Source of the DNA: Nemertoderma westbladi | Lineage: Eukaryota; Animalia; Xenacoelomorpha | DNA: 44,393 nt | Direction: 5' to 3' | NCBI GenBank assembly: GCA_032718475.1 | Contig: JAUCBJ010006481.1 | Coordinates: forward strand, 1-44,393 | Shown: positions 24,195 through 36,496 of the stretch, one piece after another | Numbering within the stretch: the first letter of the stretch is position 1 | Layout of the letters: each line of letters opens with the position of its first letter | Program-made: the position numbers and the translations under genes | The notes under the pieces: model-generated | Seen by the model: the letters and a program-made list of their open reading frames with translations, nothing else | What the model was told of the DNA's origin: nothing | Database searches by the model: none

Positions 24195-25524
24195 TACCAG
24201 GGGGGGGGGGGTTCATATTGACGCCCCCCCCCCCTCTAAAATCTACAAATTTTAACGAAAACATCTGATTGTTTGTTTTTTGTTTGTACGGAGATTTCAC
24301 CAGTCTGAATCCGACAGAATAAAAAAAATTCGAAAAAATTTACTGGGGTGGTTATTTTGCAGCACCAAAATTACAAGTAGTGAACAATTGTCATAACATT
24401 TGAAAGTTACAATTTTCGGCTAATTGGTTTTCTATACAGGATTTTTGGCGAGTAAAATCCATTGGAAAATGTTTAAAATTATCTGATTACTATAAATGGC
24501 TTTTTTAGTCCTCTACGTAGGCAAAAAAATGAAAAAAAAACAAGTATCCAGGACTTTTCAGTTTGAACACAAAATTTTTAATTCACTTATACGATGCTAT
24601 AAATTCACATTTTCAGGTTTTCTAGGGCGCTGATTCTAATGGAATACATCTCTAACTTGCCAGATCATTGCTACTCGTTTTCTTCGGCGTAATATGGCAA
24701 ATTTTAGTGCTAGCACCAAATTTCGTACCCATCACCAAAAAGTACAAGTTTGAGATGTCCAGTGCTGTTGATTCCATCGGATTCAGGACCCTCATAAACC
24801 AGGCACAACAATATTCACCCACCGGCGAAAAATACAAGTTTGAAAACTCTTACGTAATTTGTACTTATTCCATTGAATTCAGAACCCTCACAAACCCAAA
24901 TAACGCAAGAAACAAGATGACACAATGAATTGATATATTTGATGGTTTTCAAAATTTGGTGCTAGCACCAAATTTTGCACACAGCACCGAAAAATACAAG
25001 TTTGATACGCCTGGTGCAACTCGTATATATTCCATCGAAACCAGAACAGCAAAAAACCCTATTGTGCAAAAGACAGGTTCAAAAAGTCAATTTACAAAAT
25101 TTACATGTTTCAAAATTTGGTGCTGGCACAAAAATTTGTTACCCACCGAAGAAAAACAAGTTTGAAATTTCTAAATTACTTAATATGATTTACATCTAAT
25201 TGCAAACACCACAAAACCGGTGTAAATCAATAATAGAGATGTTACAAATCATATTTTATGAAATGTAATTTAAAAAAAACGTCTCGAAAAAAGTGCCATA
25301 TGTATTGGGAAAAAAATGGTGCTATAATTCGAGAAAGTTCGCAATATTTTTGAAAACCGCTTTCACTCTTAGGAAGACATTTGATTTTTAGGAAAAGTCA
25401 TACAATTTCAGATTCAAAAGTCATACAATTTCAGATTTCCAACTGCGTATGTTTCAAAGTTAAAAAAAAAACGGGGGGGGGGGGGGAGGTTATATTGACC
25501 CTCCCTCCGGGTTTAATACGGTTA
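24195..25524. mobile_element. Probable non-autonomous DNA transposon (piggyBac-like end)
   Basis: G-run/ATATTGAC/C-run subterminal motifs at ~24198-24236 and ~25472-25510, right end ...TACGGTTAA. Internal repeats GTGCTAGCACCAAATTT and AAAATACAAGTTTGA. Left terminus unclear. Confidence 0.4.
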
Positions 25525-26304
25525 ATAGAAATAGTGTGATTTAAAATACTGGGGTCAGCACCGCCCATTTTGACATTTTTCATTACTAAATTCTCTACTA
25601 CTACTTTATTATTTTTCACTCAATATTCCTCAAACATATATACCAAAATGTTCAGCAGCTTTGTCTTAAAATTTTACAGTAGTAGTTTTATATATAAAAA
25701 AAATAATAAATTTGGGGTAATTTGGGGTAAGGCCCTTCTCACACGGAGTAACTTTTGTTTCTGCAACTTGTTTCTGAAACAAAAGTTATTCCGTATGGGG
25801 GGTCAGCAATAAGTTGCATGGCACACTCAGAAACATTTCGCAACAAAATTTTCTGTTTGTTTGTGAAGATTCCAGCAACTACTTGCTGCAACATTTTATG
25901 GGGGGGGGGGGGGGGGGGGGGTGGCACAACCCCGTAATTTGGAAATTTACAAAACATATTCTTTATTCTATCATGTGCGGAATTTAATGGAGATTTCAAA
26001 TCTGCAAGCAGTTTTCTCATATCTTTTGTAAAACTCTAGTTATTACCCAAAACGTAAGAGCTAGTCTGATTTTTGACAAGCCTTCGAGCAGCACAATATT
26101 TTACAATTGTACAGGGCCCTTTTCATAAAAAAAGGCTCTCACGGTACAGATATGAATAAAGTAAACTGTATGAAAATAATAATTAACAAATACAAGTAAT
26201 TAGCTTAAGAGATCGCGAAAATTAACGAGGTGCAGAATATAATATACAACGTTACAGTATTATTCTAGATTGGTAAGAAGAAACAGCACTAATAATTAGA
26301 AAGG

Positions 26305-26887
26305 TAATTAAGTATTTTAGATAAAGTTAAGTATTGTTTAGATTAAGTTAAGTATTGTTTAGATTAAGTTAAGTATTGTTTAGATTAAGTTAAGTATTGT
26401 TTAGATTAAGTTAAGTATTGTTTAGATTAAGTTAAGTATTGTTTAGATTAAGTTAAGTATTGTTTATATTAAGTTAAGTATTGTTTAGATTATAGATTAA
26501 GTTAAGTATTGTTTAGATTAAGTTAAGTATTGTTTAGATTAAGTTAAGTATTGTTTAGATTAAGTTAAGTATTGTTTAGAGTAAGTTAAGTATTGTTTAG
26601 ATTAAGTTAAGTATTGTTTAGATTAAGTTAAATATTGTTTAGATTAAGTTAAGTATTGGTTAGATTTAGATTAAGTTAAGTATTGTTTAGATTAAGTTAA
26701 ATATTGTTTAGATTAAGTTAAGTATTGGTTAGATTAAGTTAAGTATTGTTTAGATTAAGTTAAGTATTGTTTAGATTAAGTTAAGTATTGTTTAGATTAA
26801 GTTAAGTATTGTTTAGATTAAGTTAAGTATTGTTTAGATTAAGTTAAGTATTGTTTAGATTAAGTTAAGTATTGTTTAGATTAAGTA
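26305..26887 (+). repeat. 21-bp minisatellite AGATTAAGTTAAGTATTGTTT
   Basis: About 26 near-identical head-to-tail copies without spacers. Confidence 0.97.
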
Positions 26888-27067
26888 ATCTATTTAATAT
26901 TCTAGTTTTCACTATGTACTAAAAAACTGCACCAAAAATTAGAAGAGTAATTAATTAAGTTTAGGAATGTGAGAGTATAGTGGTGGTACAGAATATAACA
27001 TTTAACCACTTTTTCAAACGCTTTAACCCCCAATATGGTGAGAGAATTTATTTATATTTAAAATTAC

Positions 27068-27177
27068 CTTGGCTGATTGTGGCCAATTAATTTCAGATTT
27101 TTCATATTTTTCACCCTGGTGACAAATACTTTTGTTTTTCAGAACGTGATCTTTATCCCCATTTTGTACCCATGTAC
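27068..27177 (-). CDS. Candidate internal exon of the host gene
   Basis: AG/GTAATT boundaries and an open frame GTWVQNGDKDHVLKNKSICHQGEKYEKSEINWPQSAK. Phase 1->0, so it needs an unidentified partner exon. Confidence 0.45.
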
Positions 27178-27913
27178 CTTTTAATAATTTCCAACATTAA
27201 ATATATTACTAAAATATATAGAAGCAATAGTAATTGTCTTAACATTGCCTTAACATCTTGGCATCTCGTTGGATAATACGATAATTTTGAGTCTCATATT
27301 CGTGATCAGCATCCCTGAAAACCCCTAATGCCATAAAATAAGGTTGATTTGGTAATCGTTTTGATTATCAGAATTGTGCCCTTTGAGGCCCTACTTGTTA
27401 TTTTCGTGCCCCAGGCCAGCTACATTAAAAATTACCAAAAATCATCTCTAATGTTATATGTGAATTCTATAATTGTGATCAGCATCCAAAAAACGATATA
27501 TAACGCAAATAAATTAATTTTATTGAGCCATGAAAATATATAAACAAATTGGAGATTGGTGCCATAAAGGGACCACAGCACGAAAACGAACATAGCTATG
27601 TAAACTGCGTTTACGTTGTTGGACAGCCCATTAAATTATTGGAACAGTCACAAAATTTCGCATTTCCCAACAAATATGGCTCAAAAAAAACAGATGAATT
27701 AAAAAATTTTTTTTAAATGATCCCCCCCTCTCTGGCCAAATAGAGTTAAAAGTTTTGTCAACATTCCAATTTTAGAATTATTTTTACATTTTAATAATAT
27801 AGTCCGGCCACTTGTAGAATTTGTGTAATAATTTCAAATTTAAAAAATTGTCCCTAGTAACGGTTAAGACAATTCATCGGAGTGCTTCTATATATTTTTG
27901 TAATAAATTTACT

Positions 27914-28487
27914 GTTTGAAATACGAATACGTAAGGGAAAGGCATGGGCAGCCTTGAATAGGCTTCCCAGGATTTGGAAGTCACAGAGAATTAATCGGAA
28001 ACTTAAGGTCCGATTATATAGAGCAGCAGTAGTTCCAGTACTCCTCTATCGGCATCCATGCTGGGCTCTAACTGCTGAGGACACCAAATATCTGGATGGC
28101 ACATTCACAAGAATACTATGCCGGGTTCATTGTGTCAAGTACAATGCGCACATCTCCAACCAGACACTACATAACAGTGGAGGTGTTTCATTGGTTCCCC
28201 CAAGCTTGACACTAAAACAAAGTCCCCTCCGCTTTGCAGGACATTGCTTTCGCCTTGAGGACCAGCCAGTGTATAATCTTGTGCTTTGGCAGCGTCATGG
28301 AGTGAATAAGCATGGTGGACAGACCATGACTTTCTTGAGACGCATCTTAAAGGACACTGGCCTTGAATATGCGGATGATCTAGCAAATGTGATTGATGAT
28401 AGGGAGTTGTGGCGGCGCAATTTTGTCGACAAGCCAGCACAGCATTCTTAAAAATGCAGCTGCAATGCAGCATGCCGATCCTAGTAG
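27914..28487 (+). mobile_element. RTE family 2, 5'-truncated 3' fragment
   Basis: Near-identical to 7060-7608 (AWAALNRL...DKPAQHS*, same 3' UTR and TAG tail). Confidence 0.92.
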
Positions 28488-28803
28488 AGCGAGCAGGCCA
28501 ATCGCAATCATATCATGCCATGTTATCAAGATTTGCACAATACTCATTCTCGTACTGAATGCAATATACAAACTAACAAGTTTCCATTAACTCATTGTAG
28601 AGCAAATTCTTAAATATTAAGCAATGGGGGCCTCATACATTCGGTTTTCTTGGAAAATTAATAAGAAATTAGACAGTAAATCTTTCAGAATTTAATTTTA
28701 AGATGACCTTAGAAATAACTTAGTGAATCGTAAGGTTGGTTAGTCACTCTAACACATTGACATACGATGACAAACAAATTTAGCATTTCTACATCAAACT
28801 CAC

Positions 28804-29202
28804 CTGCCTTTTTGCAGACTATGTCACTGACACTCTCGCTGTAGATCACCTCACTGGAATCACCGGTGTCCCCAACCTGTAATTTCGTGATGGGCAGTAA
28901 CTTCTTGTCATCAACAACAATTGTCTCGAGACATTCGGTAGAGCTCTGATGACAAGTTGTCTTCCTCCCGGTATTGAATACATGCTTGGTGGCGTCGCGA
29001 TCAGCAAAACACAAATCATAGCTGGAGACGCCCTTAGATGAGAGTGTTATGGTTTGGGAGCAGCTGTACGCTCTGTCTATGATATCACGGACTTCCGCAT
29101 CGCCCTGGTCATAACTAACGTTGATATCATATCCACATTTGGCTTCAGGTCCACTTGGTCCAACCTTCTCGCTTACAAATGTCGCAGGAATAGTTACCTC
29201 AT
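28804..29202 (-). CDS. Host gene exon: fibrinogen-like (Caspr-type) domain, copy 2
   Basis: 399 bp, fully open, ttccaaaAG / GTGAGT boundaries, phase 1-1; paralogous to 23541-23938. Confidence 0.8.
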
Positions 29203-30096
29203 CTTTTGGAATAAAATGTTATATAAAATAGGGAATTATTAATAGAATAAAGAAGACTGCCGTATCATTTTCCACTTATTATAAATTTATTGCCTCTTTA
29301 TTAGTAATGAGAGGGAGATTGAAGCAATATTCAGTCATTTGTTTTGTACAATCAATAAAAAAATACAATAACAATTGTTAAAATCTCAAGCAATTAATAT
29401 GAGGTCAATAATGAGAATGTTGCGTTTAATTAGTTTTAGTATGGCGGTTACTCTAGTAAACACATCTGATCACAAGCAAATTGGCAACAAGAAGATACAT
29501 TTATGACCATAAATAAATTTTAAGAGGACATTTTACATATGCTTTAAAAATTGGAAACATGAATAAAATTTGACAAAAGTATGAACCTTGATATAATGAA
29601 GAGGATAAATGGAGTGAATTTAAATCACTGGCTCCATGAAAAATTCACATATTCCCATATTACTCTGGCAATAGAGGGTCAGTTACAAAACACCTACAGA
29701 ATTCTAACCCTGAACAACAATCCAGCTAGCGGATTTGTTCCAAATCTGATAGTTAGTCCCCCCAATGTTTAGTCCAACAATTTCAACTACTGGTCCATAC
29801 TGGAAAAAGAAATGTCAGCAGCGCCACTACTGTTTAAGTTTTTTTTTTGAAGCTAGGGTGAACAATGAGTCACTTGCAATGTTATAGATTCTGATCGAAT
29901 CTATAAATTAGTACCTAGTAGTAGTAGTATAGATTCTGATTGGGAATGTGTGCATTGTACTTGAAAATGGAACCCGATGTATCATTCTTGTGAATGTGCC
30001 ATCCAGAGATTTGGTGTCCTCAGCAGTTAGAGCCTATCATGGACACCATATAGGGGTCCTGGTTCTACTGTTGCTCTAAATAATTGAAACTTGCTT

Positions 30097-31647
30097 TGTG
30101 ACGGGATCCCAGTTCGCCTGGGAACCCGACCGTTCATCTTAGTGATGTTTCCTACTCGTCGCCGCTTCGGGAATACTGAGTGGCCGTATGCCTGATAAAA
30201 CTATAGATAATCGTAAAATAATAATATTATCTCATCGTGGATATTATTAATAGTCTCAATAGAATGGCACAGTTTACCAGAATAATGATTATAGCACGGT
30301 ACAGGAGTATTGGTGTGCAGCATATGGTGAAAACTGTTCACCTATCTACTGAATAAATTGCCAACTGATATACAATGCACATGACCGACCATTAATATAA
30401 AGGTGGTAAATATACATTGCCTGTAAGGCTAACTAACACATCTCGTTGGCCTGTCATGGTCGATAGAGGGATCTAGGACACTTCCCCCCCGGACAGTTCC
30501 CCCCGCCCAAGTAGGACACTTCCCCCCGGACACTTCCCCCCCCCCGGACACTTCCCCCCCCCCCCCGGACACTCCCCCCCCCCCCCAACATTTTTATAGT
30601 CAAATTTTGTTTGTTTTTCTTTTTCTTGGGGGCTCCCGCCCCCAACACCCCCGCTTCTTTTCTTGGGGGCTATCGCCCCCAAACCCCGGCATTTCCCTGA
30701 GTGCCCGTGGAGAAAGACTTTAAGACCACTTTGAAATAATTGATTCATGTTTCTATCATCAGATAATAAATCGACTAAGCCTAAAGTAGGAGCTGCTTTG
30801 AATGTTAACCAAATTCATATAAAAATTACTACAATATTATATAATTCAACAAAATCCTATTAAAAATATTGCAAGTAACCAGGAAATTTAATATGTAGTG
30901 TGTATAATATCTATATAGTATGTATAGTAGTATGTATATCAATATGTAATGCTGAACACAGAATACAGGTCGACGCATGTCGATTTTACCCTGGAGAGGT
31001 ATAATTTTGATTGCAACAATAATATTCATCCCCATCTGCTACAATTTGAAGAAGACTATTACATAATAATACTAAAACAATAATAATGATAATATTAAAA
31101 CAATTAATTATTATAATTCTATAGTTAATAAAAACAGTATATCATTCGGGGGATGGAATTTATAGGTCATCTAATTAATTGTTTAAAGATTAGCAAACAA
31201 TACAATGTAATTGCATTGATAAAAACCATAAATAAAACTTGGATACAAAATATAAAATCGGGATGCAAAAGATCACTTTCTGAGCTAAGAAAGGAAAATT
31301 GGATACAACTTGTCTGTATACATGCGGTCCGTTTACCTTACTAAATGAAAAATACGAATGTGCGAAGTTAAGAACAGTCGGGGGGGAAGTGTCCGGGGGG
31401 GAAGTGTCTGGGGGGGAAGTGTCCGGGGGGGGAAGTGTCCGGGGGGGAAGTGTCCGAACACCCGATAACACCCTCCCATTGATTGCCTTACTACATCACC
31501 TCATAAACCTGCCTACCCTTGGCCTTGTTGGCCTTGACTCACCGGGGTGGATTGTCAGTCCACTTCCCGGCTGGCCCTATTGATTCATCCCCCCCCCCCC
31601 CCCAATATTATTTGTTGAAAGTGCTTAGCGGACTGGATCCGCTAACA
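30097..31647 (-). mobile_element. Solo LTR of the same LTR family (element C), interrupted
   Basis: Minus-strand termini TGTTAGCGGATCCAGTCCGCTAA...GGGATCCCGTCACA. Flanks TGCTT/TCCTT (4/5 TSD match). About 550 bp after removing the nested insert. Confidence 0.75.
30468..31463. mobile_element. Non-autonomous TIR element, Mutator/MULE-like
   Basis: Inverted arrays of GGACACTTCCCCCC at 30476-30585 and GGGGGGAAGTGTCC at 31381-31455, with GGG...CCC termini. Only a partial TSD (CGATA on both sides). Confidence 0.7.
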
Positions 31648-32095
31648 TCCTTGTTGCCATGGTTACAAGGTGGATGCTAATCAATTTTAATGGAGTGATT
31701 ACTATAAATTAAGAGGGTGACCTGCACAATATATTTATTATGATTTTTGCGGATGGATAGCAAGTATTTTTAGCAATCGATGTTTTACAAAAATACTGTT
31801 ATTACACATAAAATGGAATTTGTATTCCGAGCCATGGCAACCGGCTTAATTGTGTAGCGAATTTTTTGAGGAGCAAGTGATTGTCAAATTCACCCAATTT
31901 TTGTGATTCATCTTACAAATTTTCATACTTTTATAAAAGTTTGTGCCTGTCGGCCATTTTCAAAGCATATGAAACATACTGAATGTTACATATGTAATAA
32001 TGACCACCAATCACTAATAATTGGCGGTAACAAACATACATATAAAACATATGCAAACATAAATAAATAAACGTAAATCACATAATTGAACTAAC

Positions 32096-32500
32096 CGAAC
32101 TTTCTGCATTGGATGTCACTGACAGATTCGCTGTAGATCACCTCACTGGAATCACCAGTGTCCCCAACCTGTAATTTCGTGATCGGCAGTAAATTCTTGT
32201 CATCAACAACAATTGTCTCGAGACATTCGGTAGAGCTCTGATGACAAGTTGTCGTCCTCCCGGTATTGAATACATGCTTGGTGGCATCGCGATCAGCAAA
32301 ACACAAATCATAGCTGGAGACGCCCTTAGATGAGAGCGTTATGGTTTGGGTGCAAATGTCTGCTTCTGATTCATCAATCAGCCGACGGACTTCCGCATCG
32401 CCCTGCTCATAACTCACGTGGATATCATATCCACACTTGGCTTCAGGTCCACTTGGTCCAACCTTCTCACTTACAAATGTCGCAGGAATGCTGAATCTCC
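32096..32500 (-). CDS. Host gene exon: fibrinogen-like (Caspr-type) domain, copy 1
   Basis: 405 bp, open, ttcataaAG / GTTAGT boundaries, phase 1-1; paralogous to the other two exons. Confidence 0.8.
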
Positions 32501-33204
32501 CTTTATGAATAAAATAATATGTAAACACAAACCGATGGAATAATCCTAACATAAATCGGATAAAAATATCAGTAGACTATTGAGCATGATGCAGACATGA
32601 ATAAATAAATATTAATACCAAATCACTTCAAAAACAGGCAGTGACCATCCTGTTAAAACGTAACCCTGGATAAATCTGATGTTTCTACTTAAAACGAAAG
32701 TGAACATAGAATATGCTTATGATACTCATGTTATATGCTTAGGATACTCATAATGATGCACCTGCATTTAAAGATATATCGCAAGTCATTCATGCATGAT
32801 ATAGGCGCAGAAAATAATTTGCAGTTTAAAAAGTTGCAATCAAGTTCAAAAATGAAACAAAATTAAAATTATCAGAATGGGGATCACCCATCCTGGAAAC
32901 ATTAAGCCCCCAGCACCCCCTCCTTTAATCACCTTGTTAAGTGAGGGGAGTGGGAACTGAGTTTAAATTTTTTTAAATTTTTGTTTTACATTTCATCTAG
33001 AATATACTTTTATGAAAATTCAAAATTTGAAAACCATTTAGCACAGGGTTTTTTTCTAAATCTGTTAGGGAAATTTATAAATTAAATTTGTGATTTCTAA
33101 ATTTTTTAAACTTGTTTAGAAATAATTCTAAGACTAAACATTGAAAATATATAAAATTTTACGAGAGTTTGAAATTAATGCACAAATCTTAATCTGAGTT
33201 CATA

Positions 33205-33745
33205 CAGGGTGGTTGATACAGGTGGTATTGTACCATAAAGCTCGGCATTTGACATGTGTTGTCTCCAACTGTAGTTTAGGGCTGCCATTAACAGTCTTGT
33301 GTAGCAACCATCAATTCGTTGTTCAGTAATCTCGTCAGTGATCAGTTCTCACCCCCATATAAACGTACACTTTCCACTGTGGCTCGCAAGAACTTAGTCT
33401 TCATGTGCCCGGGGAGGTCTGATTTCCAGAGGTATCGATTTTTGATAGGCGATGCATGCCTTTTTTGCTTACCTAGCTTCTATGTGTTTTTTGCTCCTCT
33501 CAATCCATGACCCAAGGTACTCGAAGTCGCCAACATTCTTTTGTTGATTATTATCAATGGTTGTCAAGTTTCCATCAACATTACAAGTCATAAATTCGGT
33601 ATTGTTAGCATTTATATGCAATCCAACCTCCATAGCAGCCCTCTCCACTTTATTTAGTAGAAGCTGTGCATCTGCTAGCGTATTAGAGAGCAGGGCGATG
33701 TCATCCGCAAAGTCGGTGTCTGTGACTGTAGTTGCCGAATGTTTC
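33205..33745 (-). mobile_element. RTE family 1, degenerate RT fragment
   Basis: Minus strand reads TVTDTDFADDIALLSNTLADAQLLLNKVE..A..VGLHIN; 33205-33326 matches ~3800-3920. Confidence 0.85.
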
Positions 33746-33789
33746 AGATAGTTTCTAGATAGTGATTCCTGATAGTAACCATTTTAACT

Positions 33790-34055
33790 TCCAATTGAGG
33801 GAAAGGATACAGAGACGGCTTTTTATAAGAAAAAAGCAATGAGCGAAGATGATACAAATTGAGGGAAAGGAACAGATTACAGAGACGGCTTTTTCTAACC
33901 AAAACAATTAACGATGTTGTTGCCAATTGAGGGAATGAAGCAAGTTACAGAGAGGCTTTTTCTAACCAAAACAATAAACGATGTGGTTACCAATTCAGGG
34001 AAAGGAGCAAGTTAAAGAGACGGCTTTTTCGAAGAAAAACAACAAACGATTTTGT
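33790..34055 (+). repeat. Diverged ~65-bp tandem repeat
   Basis: About 4 copies of AATTGAGGGAAAGGA..ACAGAGACGGCTTTTT..AAAACAAT.AACGAT. Confidence 0.8.
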
Positions 34056-34454
34056 TAACAGTATCGTACATAAAATTATTTTTTCCTATCTAGTTTATCT
34101 ATTCACTGGCGCTTATATCCTGTAATATAATATTAACCGGGAGTAAATGTTATATAATATGAAGTATTATCATTAAACAGTTTAATTCTGAATTGAACTT
34201 TTAATTTAACTATAAATATTCAATTAATATGCGGAACCAGCAGACACGTCAGTATTATTGAATAATTTAATTCCGAAGCCACTCATTGTTTCGCCCGCGT
34301 ATTAAACATATAACGTTCCTCGGACCTCATCACAGAATAATGTCGGTATTACGATATCATTCAAATAAATTGGAGTTGAGCTGTTAAAATCGGTTATATA
34401 TGCAACTTAAAACTGCCTGTTCAATAGAAGTGGATTAGGTGGGAGAGCAAATGT

Positions 34455-34537
34455 CAGGGGCAAGTGGCTGAACTGCTTTGCGCTCCTGATGAGGCCTGAT
34501 TCGCCGAAATGTACGTATAGCGCTGGTTCAACCCCTG
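34455..34537 (+). ncRNA. Type I (minimal) hammerhead ribozyme motif
   Basis: CTGATGA 34486-92; stem II GGC/GCC with a 7-nt loop; GAAA 34506-09; mini stem III T-GTAC-G; GTA cleavage triplet 34515-17. Stem I GCGCT/AGCGC is extended by TGAAC/GTTCA and CAGGGG/CCCCTG. One mismatch at the first stem I pair. Confidence 0.8.
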
Positions 34538-35293
34538 GTGACGTGCTTTTTTTCAATTTCTGAACAAAAACCGTTATATTACATAATTATGATATCATTA
34601 CACAATGAGTTATTCATTAGCAATTGTTGTTTACCAATACATCATCTGGCATCTTGAAAATATATTGACAGCATGGAAGTCCGCGCATACAATACATACG
34701 TACACTTGAACGGCCGCAGTACAGCTGTCATAAAAAACATATTTTCTATTCGCGGATGTTGTTGGCTGTATCGGTTCCGTGGTTGGCCGTAACCGTTCCG
34801 TGGTGGGTTTGCCACATGGCGACTCGCTTTGAACAACTCGGCTTTTTTATGACGATCAATTGTTGAATTATTCCGGGACCAGTGTAGGTGTATACAGCAG
34901 AGACTCTGAGAGTCATATGGTGTCCGAACATGACAGAGTGTGCAATAGATGCCACGGCAGGCCAATTGTATATATCTATTAAGCCATGGACTTTCTTTTT
35001 AAATCGCGAAAAACAACGGCATTCGTAGTGAGTATGCGTATTAGTGATCCTACCTGTTGGATAAGGGAGACGACAGTCCACCGGCCAAGGTGGGCCGTGG
35101 GTAACACGGAGGGGGGGGGGGGGGGGGGGGGTGGGGGGTGGGGGGGAGCGGGGTAACATGAATGGTCGGGGGAGGGGTAACAGGAAAACATGGATTCAAC
35201 TGATGGTAGCTATGTATTAGACCTGTTCTTATGAAATTATAGCCTATGGTAATAAATATTAACAAGTAGGTGAATAACAAATTATAAACTAAC

Positions 35294-35410
35294 CTGGAAC
35301 GCATTCTTTACAAGACAATCTACAGCTCTTGAGCATGTATAATGGATTTGCCGTACATTGATCTCGGGCTGCCCAAGCGGGACAATCTGGATTTGTATCT
35401 TCACAAATTT
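35294..35410 (-). CDS. Host gene exon encoding one ShK toxin (ShKT) domain
   Basis: cattttacAG / GTTAGT boundaries, 117 bp, phase 1-1. EICEDTNPDCPAWAARDQCTANPLYMLKSCRLSCKECVP has the canonical six-Cys ShKT pattern. Confidence 0.9.
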
Positions 35411-35967
35411 CTGTAAAATGAATTAAATACAGATCGTCAATTACCATAATAAATGTTTGAGTTAAAGCTAAAGTGTTCTTTGCGGTTTTAGTTTACTTAT
35501 TTTTGCTTGATTTAAGTTTAAAGTTCCATTTTTATTGATAAGGTTGAGGATAGTGGCCTAATATAGGTTGATTGTGGCCTGATATGGGTTGATTGCGACC
35601 TGATGCCATCTAGCGTCGTTATATATATATAGTCAACTTGACTTCAATGCCGAATTTGTAAGTCTAGGTGTTAGCGCATTTGACAAAAAATACGTTTTTA
35701 AACTCTATTTTATATATTTTGACTCTTTCCGATTGTTTAGTGGTTCACGTAAGAATGCGAGTAAAACACCCAGTCTGAAACACTGAAACGGTAATGGCGC
35801 TAGTGTACCTTCAATGGAAGGCCGTTCTAGTGAATCACTTTTTTTCCCTCTTCCCCACAATTGTATTGACTTTCTCAATGTTTCACTCAGTCTATAACGG
35901 TAATTGATCATCTATTATATTTCACTAATATACAGTACCGCGAGGGTGTGGTGGCACAATATAATAA

Positions 35968-36496
35968 TGTTAGCTTATCCAATTCCGCTAACACAAACCC
36001 ATAGAGTGAGCCATAAAGCAATATTGGGAGCCTATTGTCAGCCCAGTAAACGGGGACAATAGGCCCCAAAGGAGACACACACAATAAGGGTCAGGGGTTA
36101 CTCCCCTGACAAGAGAGAGAACAGCAAGGGCGAAGGGAAGCACTTCAGAAGGGGGGCAAAGGGTGCCAACAGGGGTATCAACCAATCAGAGGGGGGAAAG
36201 GCATCGATTGAGTAGCAATAAGGCCACCGTGCAATATAACCAGTTACCAGTAATCATACCGGTCAGTTATTCAGTTTACTCAGTCAGATCAGTAGGGTGG
36301 AACGGGGACTTCTGTCACCGTCCGCTACCGCCATTATATATTACCTATTGTGTCATACTATATTATATCAACTGTCAGACTATTATACCTTTATACATAT
36401 TACCCAACATCAGAACTCTTTTACCTTTCACACACGGCGGGGACGCGTGGGCAGAAAACCCAAACGGATAAACCGGGATCCGTAGATCCCGTCACA
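35968..36496 (+). repeat. 5' LTR of element B
   Basis: Direct repeat of 42444-42972 (offset 6476). No differences seen by eye, and the overlapping ORF translations are identical. Confidence 0.97.

Noticed and set aside
26305-26887. CRISPR-like regular repeat
   Set aside because: Head-to-tail 21-mers with no unique spacers, no cas genes and a eukaryotic context: a minisatellite.
30012-30075. tRNA/SINE-like A box and B box
   Set aside because: Both boxes are degenerate and no cloverleaf forms; at most a decayed SINE head.
34642-35191. Overlapping 70-137-aa minus-strand ORFs
   Set aside because: Non-ATG or poly-G-derived starts, no motifs and no consistent splice phase.
35798-35911. Possible exon MINYRY...PSIEG with AG/GT boundaries
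   Set aside because: Its phase-0 start does not fit the phase-1 chain, and no domain similarity is recognisable.
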